A stretch of DNA of 64,000 bases, taken from NCBI GenBank assembly GCA_015056585.1, contig SVFZ01000120.1, positions 6,397 through 70,396 of the forward strand, read 5' to 3'. This document shows, in pieces, positions 9,613-19,280 of the stretch. The position numbers were made by a program, and so were the translations under genes. Below the pieces are notes generated by a model, which ran no database searches, was not told the origin of the DNA, and saw only the letters and a program-made list of their open reading frames with translations. The DNA comes from Butyrivibrio sp. Lineage in GTDB: Bacteria > Bacillota > Clostridia > Lachnospirales > Lachnospiraceae. The stretch's first letter is position 1. Each line of letters begins with the position of its first letter.

Positions 9613-10608
9613 ATGACAATAGCGATATCCATTCCTGTTCATGAGAAACAATATGTAGTCATTGACCAGATTAAGAACATCAGGAAGTATGTTCCAAATT
9701 CGGTAATTATAATTCATATTAGCGCTGAGTTTACAGATTACAGTGTACTAGCAGATTATATATACGCTGAAGACCGTGTCTATCTGAATCCGGAAAGACT
9801 ATCTAGCCGATGGGGAAGGATAGTCGATGCTCACATTTCAAACTATAAGTACATAAAGAGTATTGAAGCATTTGATTACTTTATGCTTCATGCATCAAAT
9901 GACATGTATATACTCCCAGGGGTGGAGAACTATATTACGGAGTATGATGCAGGCTTTCATATTCACAAAATATATAAACCCTCCAGATGGTGGCCGGGAG
10001 CATACGCTTTGGAAGACCCTGTGCTAAAAGAAACTATCGAAATGATCAGTGCAGAGTCTGTTGTAGCCACTCAGGTTGAAGGATCGTATTACAAAAACGA
10101 ACTGTTTGGAGTGATTGTAGCGATAATTGAAAAAGCCAGAGAACAGGTTGCCCAAAGGCATATTCCTAAGTGGTCCAAAGACTATACAAGAGAGGAAGTA
10201 TATTTTTCTACAATAGCTTACAAACTTTTGCAGAAAAATGAGAATGCCAGAATAGGCTATCCGACAACATACTCTGAAGTGCATGATTTCGATAGAATGC
10301 TATGGAGACGACAGTATATTACTTGGGGAATATATCACAGATTGGGATTGGAACAGTTTATTAATAGAGCTTATTACGAGCAATATGAAAAGAATTATAC
10401 TCGGAGGCTTGAAAACGATAATCCAGCAGCACTAACTGTAGGTAAAGTGGAAAAGATATTGAGCAATCCGGCGAGTTTTTTGAGAAAGCATAGCTATCTT
10501 AACGACTCTGTGACCAAATACAGACTATATGGGGACAAGGTGTTCTCTGTAAAAAGGGTCCCCAGAAGAATAAATGATCCATTACGAAGATTTATCAATA
10601 GTCTATAG
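9613..10608 (+). CDS. Probable glycosyltransferase (GT14/core-2 branching-like fold)
   Basis: IIIHIS...VYLNPERLSSRWG...FDYFMLHASNDMY resembles GT14-type motifs; first gene of glycan operon. Confidence 0.5.
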   Translation: MTIAISIPVHEKQYVVIDQIKNIRKYVPNSVIIIHISAEFTDYSVLADYIYAEDRVYLNPERLSSRWGRIVDAHISNYKYIKSIEAFDYFMLHASNDMYILPGVENYITEYDAGFHIHKIYKPSRWWPGAYALEDPVLKETIEMISAESVVATQVEGSYYKNELFGVIVAIIEKAREQVAQRHIPKWSKDYTREEVYFSTIAYKLLQKNENARIGYPTTYSEVHDFDRMLWRRQYITWGIYHRLGLEQFINRAYYEQYEKNYTRRLENDNPAALTVGKVEKILSNPASFLRKHSYLNDSVTKYRLYGDKVFSVKRVPRRINDPLRRFINSL

Positions 10609-10627
10609 ACAGGAGAAGCAAACCATC

Positions 10628-11260
10628 ATGGAAATAATAGCTCATCGAGGCTTTTGGAAAACGGATGTAGAGAAAAATCAGAAAGAAGCTTTTCTGCGGG
10701 CAGCAGATAACCACATAGGTTCTGAGACTGACTTCAGAGATTATATGGAGAAACTTGTAATATCACACAACGTCGCAGACCGCACCTGTCTGAGTGCAGA
10801 CGACTTCTTTGCTATCTACAAAGGAACTCGGAGTACACTAGCTCTTAACATCAAGGCGGACGGAATACAATATCTGCTAAAAGAGCTTCTTAATAAAAAC
10901 AATATCACTAATTTTTTCTGTTTTGACATGTCTATTCCGGACACTCTTGAATATATCAAATCGGGCCTTAAGTTCTTTGTAAGAGAAAGCGAATATGAGA
11001 CAATAAATGACCTTTATGACAAAGCAGACGGGGTCTGGGCTGATGGCTTTGAGGGAGATGAGTGGATAACCAAAGACTATATCAAGACTCACAGAAATAA
11101 AGGCAAAAGAGTCTGCATAGTATCTTCTGACCTTCATAAAAGGGACTATTCATCTCTTTGGGAAAGACTTAAAGATAAAGAAATACTTGATGATGGTGGT
11201 GTAATACTCTGCACAGATTATCCTGACAAAGCAAAGGAGTTTTTCTATGGCAAAGATTAA
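10628..11260 (+). CDS. Glycerophosphodiester phosphodiesterase-like protein
   Basis: MEIIAHRGFW, GSETD, VISH, LALNIK, CTDYP. Confidence 0.8.
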   Translation: MEIIAHRGFWKTDVEKNQKEAFLRAADNHIGSETDFRDYMEKLVISHNVADRTCLSADDFFAIYKGTRSTLALNIKADGIQYLLKELLNKNNITNFFCFDMSIPDTLEYIKSGLKFFVRESEYETINDLYDKADGVWADGFEGDEWITKDYIKTHRNKGKRVCIVSSDLHKRDYSSLWERLKDKEILDDGGVILCTDYPDKAKEFFYGKD

Positions 11261-11879
11261 AGCTGTTATCTTCGATATGGATGGCGTTCTTATTGATGCC
11301 AAAGAATGGCATTATGAAGCACTTAACAGGGCACTTGAGCTATTTGGATACACTATCAGCAGGTATGACCATCTTGTTACTTATGATGGCCTTCCGACGA
11401 GAAAAAAACTTGAGATGCTCACAAAAGAACGGGATCTTCCCAAAGAACTGCATAGCTTCATAAATGAAATGAAGCAGCAGTACACTATGGAAATTGTGCA
11501 TTCCAAATGCAAGCCTGTGTTTCAGCGGGAATATGCTATGTCAAAGCTTAAGGCTGAGGGTTACAGGATTGGAGTTGCCTCAAATTCTGTCAGGAACTCT
11601 ATTGTAACCATGATGGATATGAGTGATCTCAGCAAGTACATAGATATCATCGTATCCAATCAGGATGTTAAAGAAGGAAAGCCTAATCCGGAGATATATA
11701 CCAAAGCAATCGAGGGACTGGGCATGAGGCCGGAAGACTGTATGGTAATAGAAGATAACATAAACGGTATTAAGGCGGGGAAGGCAGCAGGCGCATACGT
11801 CATGCAGGTTGAAACCGTTAATGACGTAACCTATGACAACATCATGAAGAATATAAAAGAATTTGAGGAGACAGCCTGA
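11247..11879 (+). CDS. HAD-superfamily phosphatase
   Basis: FDMDGVLID, ASNS, KPNPEIY, VIEDNINGI. Confidence 0.9.
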   Translation: MAKIKAVIFDMDGVLIDAKEWHYEALNRALELFGYTISRYDHLVTYDGLPTRKKLEMLTKERDLPKELHSFINEMKQQYTMEIVHSKCKPVFQREYAMSKLKAEGYRIGVASNSVRNSIVTMMDMSDLSKYIDIIVSNQDVKEGKPNPEIYTKAIEGLGMRPEDCMVIEDNINGIKAGKAAGAYVMQVETVNDVTYDNIMKNIKEFEETA

Positions 11880-12631
11880 TGAGAGTACTGATGCTTTTTT
11901 CCGGAGATGATACAGCTTTTAAAGAAAATGGCTACTTATATCCAAAGAATCTGACTGAGATAGACGGAACTCCGATGATCCAGAATGTCATGAACTGCTT
12001 CAGGGACGTGCTTGATAGTGCGGATGAAATACTTCTGACGATGAGGCAACCTGAGATTGACAGATATCATACATCGTCAGTGGCACGACTTTTGTTTCCA
12101 AGAGTAAAGATCGTAAGCGTACCCAATATTACAAAGGGGGCTGCATGTGCAGTACTTTTAGCTGTAAAGAACATAGACAACAACGAGGAACTGGTTGTAA
12201 TAAATGGTGACATCATCCTTGAAGAGTCTGTTCTGCCAGCAATTGAAGATTTTAGGAAAAGAAAACTTGATGGCGGCGTTGTTACATTTGAGAGTGTCCA
12301 TCCAAGATGGTCCTTTGTAAAGTGTGACGAATCAGGGCAGATTATTGAGGCGACAGAGAAACGTCCCATAAGCAGAAATGCCACGATAGGAGTTTATTAT
12401 TTCAGAAAAGGTTCTGATTATGTTGAAGCAGCAGAAAACATGATAAGAAAAGACGCTTCGGTCAATGGTGCATTTTACATTTGCCCTGTCTTTAACGAGA
12501 TGGTTCTCATGCAGAGAAAACTTGGCATATACGAAATAGACAGGAATAACTATTTCTCATTATCTTCACCTAAAGGAATAGAAGCGTATCAGAATCATTT
12601 GGAGGGAGTCAATGAAAGTAGAAAAACTTGA
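11879..12631 (+). CDS. BcbE-like nucleotidyltransferase-fold protein, degenerate N-terminal motif
   Basis: PKNLTEIDG, GAAC, HPRWSF, ATIGVYYFRKG, FYICPVFNEM; lacks the GxGxR signature. Confidence 0.75.
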   Translation: MRVLMLFSGDDTAFKENGYLYPKNLTEIDGTPMIQNVMNCFRDVLDSADEILLTMRQPEIDRYHTSSVARLLFPRVKIVSVPNITKGAACAVLLAVKNIDNNEELVVINGDIILEESVLPAIEDFRKRKLDGGVVTFESVHPRWSFVKCDESGQIIEATEKRPISRNATIGVYYFRKGSDYVEAAENMIRKDASVNGAFYICPVFNEMVLMQRKLGIYEIDRNNYFSLSSPKGIEAYQNHLEGVNESRKT

Positions 12632-12932
12632 TAACATGACTAAAGGATGGTTCATCGGGAATTTTGACCCGTCTCTTTTCAAGACAAATGAAGTTGAAGT
12701 TGCTGTAAAGCGCTATAAAGCAGGAGATTCAGAAGAAGCGCATTACCATAAGATTGCTACTGAATATACTGTCATTATCGATGGTGAAGTTGAAATGAAC
12801 GGTGTCAGATACAAGAAAGATGACATTATCGTAATGGAACCGGGAGATGCCACCGACTTTAAGGCGATTACTGACAGTACAAACGTGGTTGTGAAAATAC
12901 CGGGTGCAAACAATGACAAATATCTTGTCTAA
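12612..12932 (+). CDS. Cupin domain protein
   Basis: HYHKIATEYTVIIDGEV cupin metal motif. Confidence 0.8.
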   Translation: MKVEKLDNMTKGWFIGNFDPSLFKTNEVEVAVKRYKAGDSEEAHYHKIATEYTVIIDGEVEMNGVRYKKDDIIVMEPGDATDFKAITDSTNVVVKIPGANNDKYLV

Positions 12933-12955
12933 AAAACAAGGAGGAGGCGGAGATT

Positions 12956-13675
12956 ATGCTGAATGTAGTAATTCCTATGGCAGGTAGAGGCAGCAGATTC
13001 GCAGATGCAGGGTACAAGCTGCCAAAGCCGCTAATTGATGTTAATGGAAAGCCGATGATAGAGGTTGTTACTAATAATATAAGGCCTAAATGTGATCACA
13101 GGTTCATATACATATGCCAAGAAGAACACCTGAAAAAATACAACCTGGAAACGGAACTTAACAGGATGTCACCTGGATGCAAAATTGTAACTATTGATCA
13201 TATTACAGAAGGTGCTGCATGCACGGTGCTGTTGGCTGAGAAGTACATAGACAACGATGAAGAGATGATGATTGCTAATAGTGATCAGTATGTTGACACA
13301 GACATCAATGACTATATTCCTAAGCTTGCTGGCAACGATGGACTCATCATGACAATGCCTGCAGACCATCCTAAGTGGAGCTACATCCGCTTTGATGACA
13401 ATGGCTACGTAACAGAAGTGAGAGAAAAAGAAGTTATCTCCCATGAAGCTACTGTCGGCATTTATAACTACAAGCATGGCAAAGACTTTGTCAAGTACGC
13501 CCACCGGATGATAGACAAAAATATCAGAGTAAATAATGAATTCTACGTAGCTCCGGTCTACAACGAGATGATAGCCGACGGGGAGAAAATCGTTTTCCAT
13601 AACGTAGGCGAGAAGATGCATGGACTTGGGACACCAGAGGATTTGAATTTGTTCTTGGATTTGAAGAAAGGATGA
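12956..13675 (+). CDS. BcbE-like sugar-nucleotidyltransferase-fold protein
   Basis: VIPMAGRGSRF, PKPLIDV, ANSDQ, HPKWSY, EFYVAPVYN, GLGTPED. Confidence 0.85.
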   Translation: MLNVVIPMAGRGSRFADAGYKLPKPLIDVNGKPMIEVVTNNIRPKCDHRFIYICQEEHLKKYNLETELNRMSPGCKIVTIDHITEGAACTVLLAEKYIDNDEEMMIANSDQYVDTDINDYIPKLAGNDGLIMTMPADHPKWSYIRFDDNGYVTEVREKEVISHEATVGIYNYKHGKDFVKYAHRMIDKNIRVNNEFYVAPVYNEMIADGEKIVFHNVGEKMHGLGTPEDLNLFLDLKKG

Positions 13676-14901
13676 TTACTATATCGATGGGGGCTATTTA
13701 TGAAGGCTGTAGGAGACTTTATTATTTTCTTTCGCCATTAGCACGAAAGCAAATGAAAATAGAGCGCATGCTGGTTTCTTTAAGCGAGAGAGTAGATGCT
13801 ACTGCTTTAGAAGCGGAAAATAATTCAGACACCTTAATATCTATAGGGGATGAGATACGAGCGCTAGCTGATAGTAATTCAGATGCCTTAACAACTATAG
13901 GAGATAAGGTACAAGTGGTAGCTGATAATAATGATAAGCTAAGCTGTGATCTAGATGAGGTAAAAACTGCACTTAACAGAAATATAGCCCAAAGTAATAA
14001 AGAGTTGGAAAAGTTAAGTAATCTGGACAGAGTTATTAGTAATCAGGAGTCACTGCTGAATTTACTTAAGCTTGCAGGCGAGGATTCATTTGCCTGTAAC
14101 GACAAGGCAAGCGCTGATGATTATTTGAATATGCAAAGAAATCAGTACAATGACGACAGGGTGGCACCTGAGGATGTTGTCGGCCAATATGAGTGGCATG
14201 AGAATTATCCTTATGAAACATTTCTTTTGTACAGAAACGGAGATATTAGGAAACCAATATTTGAGACTACAAAGGATAAAGTGGCTCTTGATTTTGCGTG
14301 TGGACCGGGACGTATGGTCAAACGAATGTCACAGCTGTTCAAACAAGTGGATGGATGTGACATTTCAGAGAGAATGCTTGATATTGCAAAAGATCGAGTT
14401 CCTGAATGCGCTTTTTATCTCACTAATGGCGATGACTTGGGAGATGTCCCAAAGAATTACTATGATTTCGTGTATTGCACCATATCTATGCAGCACATCG
14501 CTAGCTATGACATTAGAAGAAGTATTCTGAACTCCATAAAAGAAGTCTTAAAGGATGATGGTAAGTTTACCTTGCAACTGGCTTATAACAAGAACTTTCC
14601 ATACGTAAACATAAAAGGAAAGATGATAATAAACGATAATGAAATCACTGTTGCCGGGAAACAGCCAATGGCTCCATATTTTTCGAATGATTATGGCGCC
14701 AAATATACAAATGGAGCGCACGATGTTGGGATTGGCGAGAGCGATGTCGAGGCAATAAAAGCAGATTTTTCAAGCTTGTTTGATAATGTTGCTATTTGGT
14801 ATAGCAACGTGAGCAATTACTATAACAACCTTGAAGGTTGCAAACATGATAATTACTGGGCAACGGATTGGATATATGTATATGGAGAAAAAGATGGATG
14901 A
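13672..14901 (+). CDS. Class I SAM-dependent methyltransferase with N-terminal coiled coil
   Basis: LDFACGPGR, GCDISERML, YDFVY motifs; 18-aa repeats at 13813-13960; start uncertain. Confidence 0.8.
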   Translation: MITISMGAIYEGCRRLYYFLSPLARKQMKIERMLVSLSERVDATALEAENNSDTLISIGDEIRALADSNSDALTTIGDKVQVVADNNDKLSCDLDEVKTALNRNIAQSNKELEKLSNLDRVISNQESLLNLLKLAGEDSFACNDKASADDYLNMQRNQYNDDRVAPEDVVGQYEWHENYPYETFLLYRNGDIRKPIFETTKDKVALDFACGPGRMVKRMSQLFKQVDGCDISERMLDIAKDRVPECAFYLTNGDDLGDVPKNYYDFVYCTISMQHIASYDIRRSILNSIKEVLKDDGKFTLQLAYNKNFPYVNIKGKMIINDNEITVAGKQPMAPYFSNDYGAKYTNGAHDVGIGESDVEAIKADFSSLFDNVAIWYSNVSNYYNNLEGCKHDNYWATDWIYVYGEKDG

Positions 14902-17845
14902 TGCAATAAAATTTAAAGATATATCAGTGATAGTTCAAGGGGCGGTCACCAGTGATACAAAAAAAACATTTGAAAGTATAAGGGAGTATTTGCCTGGAGC
15001 GACTATTATACTTTCAACCTGGAAAGAGAGCAAGACAGATGACTTGGGATTTGATTATCTTGTTATTAATGAGGATCCAGGAGCTTTTCCTTGTGACAAG
15101 TTTGAAAATTCAATCATAAATAATGTAAATAGGCAAATTGTGTCAACCAATGGTGGGTTAAAACTATGCCATACAAAATATGCAATTAAAATGAGAACTG
15201 ATTTTTATCTTACGGGAAATCGTTTCGTCAGTTATTTTAAAAATGAAGAATCATTCGATAAAAATTGGCAATTTCTGAATGAGAGGGTTATTGCATGTAC
15301 TTTGTATAGTAGAAATCCCAGATCAAATATAAAAATGCTTTGCATGCCATATTGTGTTTCGGATTTTTTTTATTTTGGATATACGGAAGATATAAGAGAG
15401 CTATTTGACATTGATTTGGTTAGCTCTCTTGATGAGAAAATGTATTTTGAAATTCATCCTGAGGAAGAGTCAAAGCTAGTGTATAAGCCTGCACTATGTA
15501 GGTTTATGCCTGAACAAACTATTTGGATGGGATTTGTTAAAAAACATGTGGCTGATTTGGACTGTAGTTGCCGTGACCATCTTACTCCAAAGAACATTGA
15601 GATTACAGAGAGAACAATTGCTAATAATGTATCCTTATACTCGTATGAGAATCTAGAGATAGACACTTTCAGTGAAAACCTTTTTAAAAAGGGAATACCG
15701 GAAAACTGTTTTACTAGAAGTGATTGGCTTGAATTATATAAGTACTATTGTGAAGGGGGGACAGAACGACAATTTAGACGGTATATTAAGCAGGTTGAAC
15801 GAAGAGAAATAAAAAAGGTAAATAAACAGGACATAGTTGAATCTTTGCCAGATTCAGAGATTAAGTATGAAGAAATAGACAATTTATATGACGTAGTAAA
15901 ACGGGTAGATAAAGAGAAATACATAAGTTTCGACTTGTTTGATACTTTGATTTTTAGAAGAGTTTTCCCATATTGGCAAATTGCAGCTCAAACCGGAGAG
16001 TACGCAAGTATGCTTTTAAAATCATATGGATATGATGTTTCCAGCAAAAGATTCAATGACTTAAGGGATTATTTTGCTGAAATTGAGTATCAACAAAATA
16101 AAAAAAGAGGTCTGAGTAGAGAATGTAGATTAGACGAAGTGATTTCTAATATTCTTGCATATATTGGCGTTAGTGAAAGGGATACTATTGAGTGCTCTAG
16201 GCTGATATATGAAAACGAGGTTGAGAGAGAGATAATCGTAACATATCCGAATTCCGAAGCATTAAAGACTTTAAAAGAATTAAAACGGAGAGGTTATGTA
16301 ATAATTGTTGCCTCAGATATGTATTTAAGGAAAGATAGCATTGAAAGAGTAATAGAGGCTAATGGGCTATTAAGCTTCATTGATCATGTGTACGTTTCCT
16401 CTGAATCTGGGAAGGTTAAGGCAGATGGAAAGCTGTTTGAATACATTATTGATGATTTAAAGACGAATTCTAATGAACTAATTCATATTGGAGATAATAA
16501 GCTGGCTGATGTATATGGAGCAAGCAAAGCTAACTTGCAACCATACTACTATCATAAAGAAGATAATACTACAAGATTGAATGATTTAAATGAGCAGTTT
16601 ATAGGAGCGAAGTTTAAAGAATATGTATCGAAAAATTTGAGGAATACCGATGCTACTGGCACTTTTCAAAAGAGTGTTTCAGATTACTATTCGTTTGACT
16701 TCATAAATTTTGTTTTCGATTTTGCTATAAAAATCCAAAAGCAAGGTGCGGAAGCGGTTTATTTTTTGGAAAGAGATGGGGTAATTTTTAAAACTATTTA
16801 TGAGATTATTGTGAGAAAATGCATTATTTTTAAAGATATTGACGTTAAACCTACATTCAATATAAAAATATCACGCAAAGATTCAGCATGCCTGACTAAT
16901 TTAGACTCTATAGATGAAGTTATTGAACGTGCAACAAAAGTTAATTATCCTGGACGATTTCATATTATTCACTTAGTGGGATGCTATGGTGTTTCAATAA
17001 ATGATTTTGACGAGGAGGATCAAATTGCTATTGTTAACAATAACTCAAACAGAGCTTTTTTTCTGAAAGAATATAGAAGACTGTTTTACCCTAAATTAAA
17101 GCAACGACAAGATGAGGTGATTAGCCAACTATCAAATATGCGTTTGTTTGAGAAGAAAAATATAGCAATTATTGATATTGGTTGGGGAGGCACTTCTCAG
17201 AAGGATATACAAAAATATATCGAGCGGGCCAAAATCAATATGACTATATTTGGTTATTACTATGCATGTGATGACAGGGCTCGTCAACTGATTCCGTACT
17301 ATAGTCAATACAATTATGGCCCTGATTTGTACTACGGCTATAGTTTAATAGAATTTTTGGTGAAAAACTACTCTGATAACGGAAAGAAACAAATGGCTGA
17401 TACGTATAAGTACAACAAAATGTCCAGAGACCAAATTATAAGTGATGTAGATATATTTTGCTGTGCTGTAAATAAATATAGTCTTACACCTCAGATTATA
17501 CGTGATGTCACATACAAGAGGGTACAAAAGGCTATAACGGCTCCAGAATTGTCGTTACTAAATGAAATAAAAAATGTTAGATATTCGCTTGATAGGAGGA
17601 GAGATGATGCCTATTTGCCATTGTTTGAGAAAGTTGAAACTATAAGTGAACTAAATAAGCAATATACTAACGCACAATGGGTACAAGCATCAATAGAAGT
17701 ATCAGATATGGACTTTAAAAAATATTTGAAAAAGAAAGCTGATTATGACAGAATGCGTGAACTTGTACATATGCCAGAGTGCATAAAACAATTGTTGTTG
17801 AAATTTATCCGTTATAAACGAAGTATCAGTAAATATGAGAGATAA
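14894..17845 (+). CDS. Fusion: WavE-like domain + HAD phosphatase + PRTase-like domain (putative ribofuranosyltransferase)
   Basis: ISVIVQG..LSTW..DPG..NRQIVST..KMRTD (WavE); SFDLFDT..ASDMY..HIGDN (HAD); YFLERDG..IDIGWGGTSQ (PRPP-loop-like). Confidence 0.7.
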   Translation: MDDAIKFKDISVIVQGAVTSDTKKTFESIREYLPGATIILSTWKESKTDDLGFDYLVINEDPGAFPCDKFENSIINNVNRQIVSTNGGLKLCHTKYAIKMRTDFYLTGNRFVSYFKNEESFDKNWQFLNERVIACTLYSRNPRSNIKMLCMPYCVSDFFYFGYTEDIRELFDIDLVSSLDEKMYFEIHPEEESKLVYKPALCRFMPEQTIWMGFVKKHVADLDCSCRDHLTPKNIEITERTIANNVSLYSYENLEIDTFSENLFKKGIPENCFTRSDWLELYKYYCEGGTERQFRRYIKQVERREIKKVNKQDIVESLPDSEIKYEEIDNLYDVVKRVDKEKYISFDLFDTLIFRRVFPYWQIAAQTGEYASMLLKSYGYDVSSKRFNDLRDYFAEIEYQQNKKRGLSRECRLDEVISNILAYIGVSERDTIECSRLIYENEVEREIIVTYPNSEALKTLKELKRRGYVIIVASDMYLRKDSIERVIEANGLLSFIDHVYVSSESGKVKADGKLFEYIIDDLKTNSNELIHIGDNKLADVYGASKANLQPYYYHKEDNTTRLNDLNEQFIGAKFKEYVSKNLRNTDATGTFQKSVSDYYSFDFINFVFDFAIKIQKQGAEAVYFLERDGVIFKTIYEIIVRKCIIFKDIDVKPTFNIKISRKDSACLTNLDSIDEVIERATKVNYPGRFHIIHLVGCYGVSINDFDEEDQIAIVNNNSNRAFFLKEYRRLFYPKLKQRQDEVISQLSNMRLFEKKNIAIIDIGWGGTSQKDIQKYIERAKINMTIFGYYYACDDRARQLIPYYSQYNYGPDLYYGYSLIEFLVKNYSDNGKKQMADTYKYNKMSRDQIISDVDIFCCAVNKYSLTPQIIRDVTYKRVQKAITAPELSLLNEIKNVRYSLDRRRDDAYLPLFEKVETISELNKQYTNAQWVQASIEVSDMDFKKYLKKKADYDRMRELVHMPECIKQLLLKFIRYKRSISKYER

Positions 17846-17851
17846 AGGCTT

Positions 17852-18958
17852 ATGGAAAAAACTAAACAATGTAATTGCACATTAGATATAGGAATTAGTG
17901 ATCATGTCTATATGTATGATTGGCTACGGCTTCTTCTTATGATATGCGTGGTTGTAGGACATAGTGCTTGGTATGTGTATGGCACACAGTATGGATGGGT
18001 TGATTATTCGGCTATAGTTGATGATAATCCCGCTTTTAAAACTGTTCTTGCGCATTTGTCCACAATTAAAGAATGGATATATGGTTTTCATATGCCTGCT
18101 TTCTTTTTTTTATCAGGAGGTGTGTTCAGGTTAAAAAGGAGCTATGTATTCGATGAATTAACATGGAAAAAAACAAAAAAACTTATATTTCCGTACTTGG
18201 CGGTTGGACTTTTTTTCTTGTTACCAATTAAGATAGAAACGGGTTTTTATTCTAAAGAAAATGCGGCAGAAGCTGTCAGATTATTTCTCGGGGGGGCGGA
18301 AACTCAGCATTTGTGGTTCCTTCCAGCGTTGTTTTGGTGTATAGAATGGTATTGCGCCGTTCAAAAACTGCTTTTGAGATTATGTATCAAAAGTGAAACT
18401 CTCCTTTTGGCAGCTGTCAGTTTAGTCGGCTTCTTGGGGAATTATCTTCAGAGTGACTATTTTTTAATTAAAACAGCGAGCAGTTACATTATATGGTTTG
18501 CATTGGGATCATTATTTGAAAAATTCAGATTGCCAATAAGAAATAAAATGGATAATCCTATAGTTATCATTCCTTTATGCTTGCTAGCTTTTATGGCATC
18601 AATAATCGGATACAGCACGAGAACTTTATATGATAATTCTGCCATAGTCATAAATATCCTGTTTGTGGTTAGTTTGTCATATTTGTGTGCAAGAGGTGTA
18701 GGAGAGAAGATAATCTTGCGGCTGGTTAAGTATTCGTTTTACATTTATTTGTTTCATGAGCCTTTGAATTTTATCGTATTAAGATACTTTTTTAAATATA
18801 GAAGTATAGGCCTGAGTTATACTGACGCTTTTGTGTATATTGGCATAAGAACAGTAGGGGTAACTCTGGTATCAATGGCTATGGGTATGATATGCGAATG
18901 TGTAATAAAAATGGTTAAAGTTCATATATTTGCCAATGCAATCAAGAGTAGAGAATAA
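17852..18958 (+). CDS. Acyltransferase family 3 (O-acetyltransferase)
   Basis: DWLRLL..VVVGH, FHMPAFFFLSG, HLWFLPALF, SFYIYLFH; many TM segments. Confidence 0.9.
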   Translation: MEKTKQCNCTLDIGISDHVYMYDWLRLLLMICVVVGHSAWYVYGTQYGWVDYSAIVDDNPAFKTVLAHLSTIKEWIYGFHMPAFFFLSGGVFRLKRSYVFDELTWKKTKKLIFPYLAVGLFFLLPIKIETGFYSKENAAEAVRLFLGGAETQHLWFLPALFWCIEWYCAVQKLLLRLCIKSETLLLAAVSLVGFLGNYLQSDYFLIKTASSYIIWFALGSLFEKFRLPIRNKMDNPIVIIPLCLLAFMASIIGYSTRTLYDNSAIVINILFVVSLSYLCARGVGEKIILRLVKYSFYIYLFHEPLNFIVLRYFFKYRSIGLSYTDAFVYIGIRTVGVTLVSMAMGMICECVIKMVKVHIFANAIKSRE

Positions 18959-19280
18959 TGAACTCTATTTAAAAAGGGCATTTGTGGCTACATAGGCCAT
19001 ATGACTTGAGAAGGATGAGAGTGATTGCAAATATAGTGAGCACATCATTGTTCGGAAATATTATAGGAATCCTGCCGTTGTTAGTGGGTATAGAGGGGTT
19101 TATTTGGAATGCTTTCACGTACAGACTTGCTAAGCGCATTGAATCAACCATCAAGGATGAGTAGATAAATTCTATAAATAAGTTTAAGCTCAATATTCCC
19201 TAAGCAATATTTTACGGCAAATGTGGAAAACGAGTATTGAAAGATAGGAATTATACGTTAACTGAGATATTGGAGTTTCG

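Noticed and set aside
18982-19164. 60-aa ORF after the acyltransferase
   Set aside because: No recognisable motif or clear RBS; at most a membrane-gene remnant
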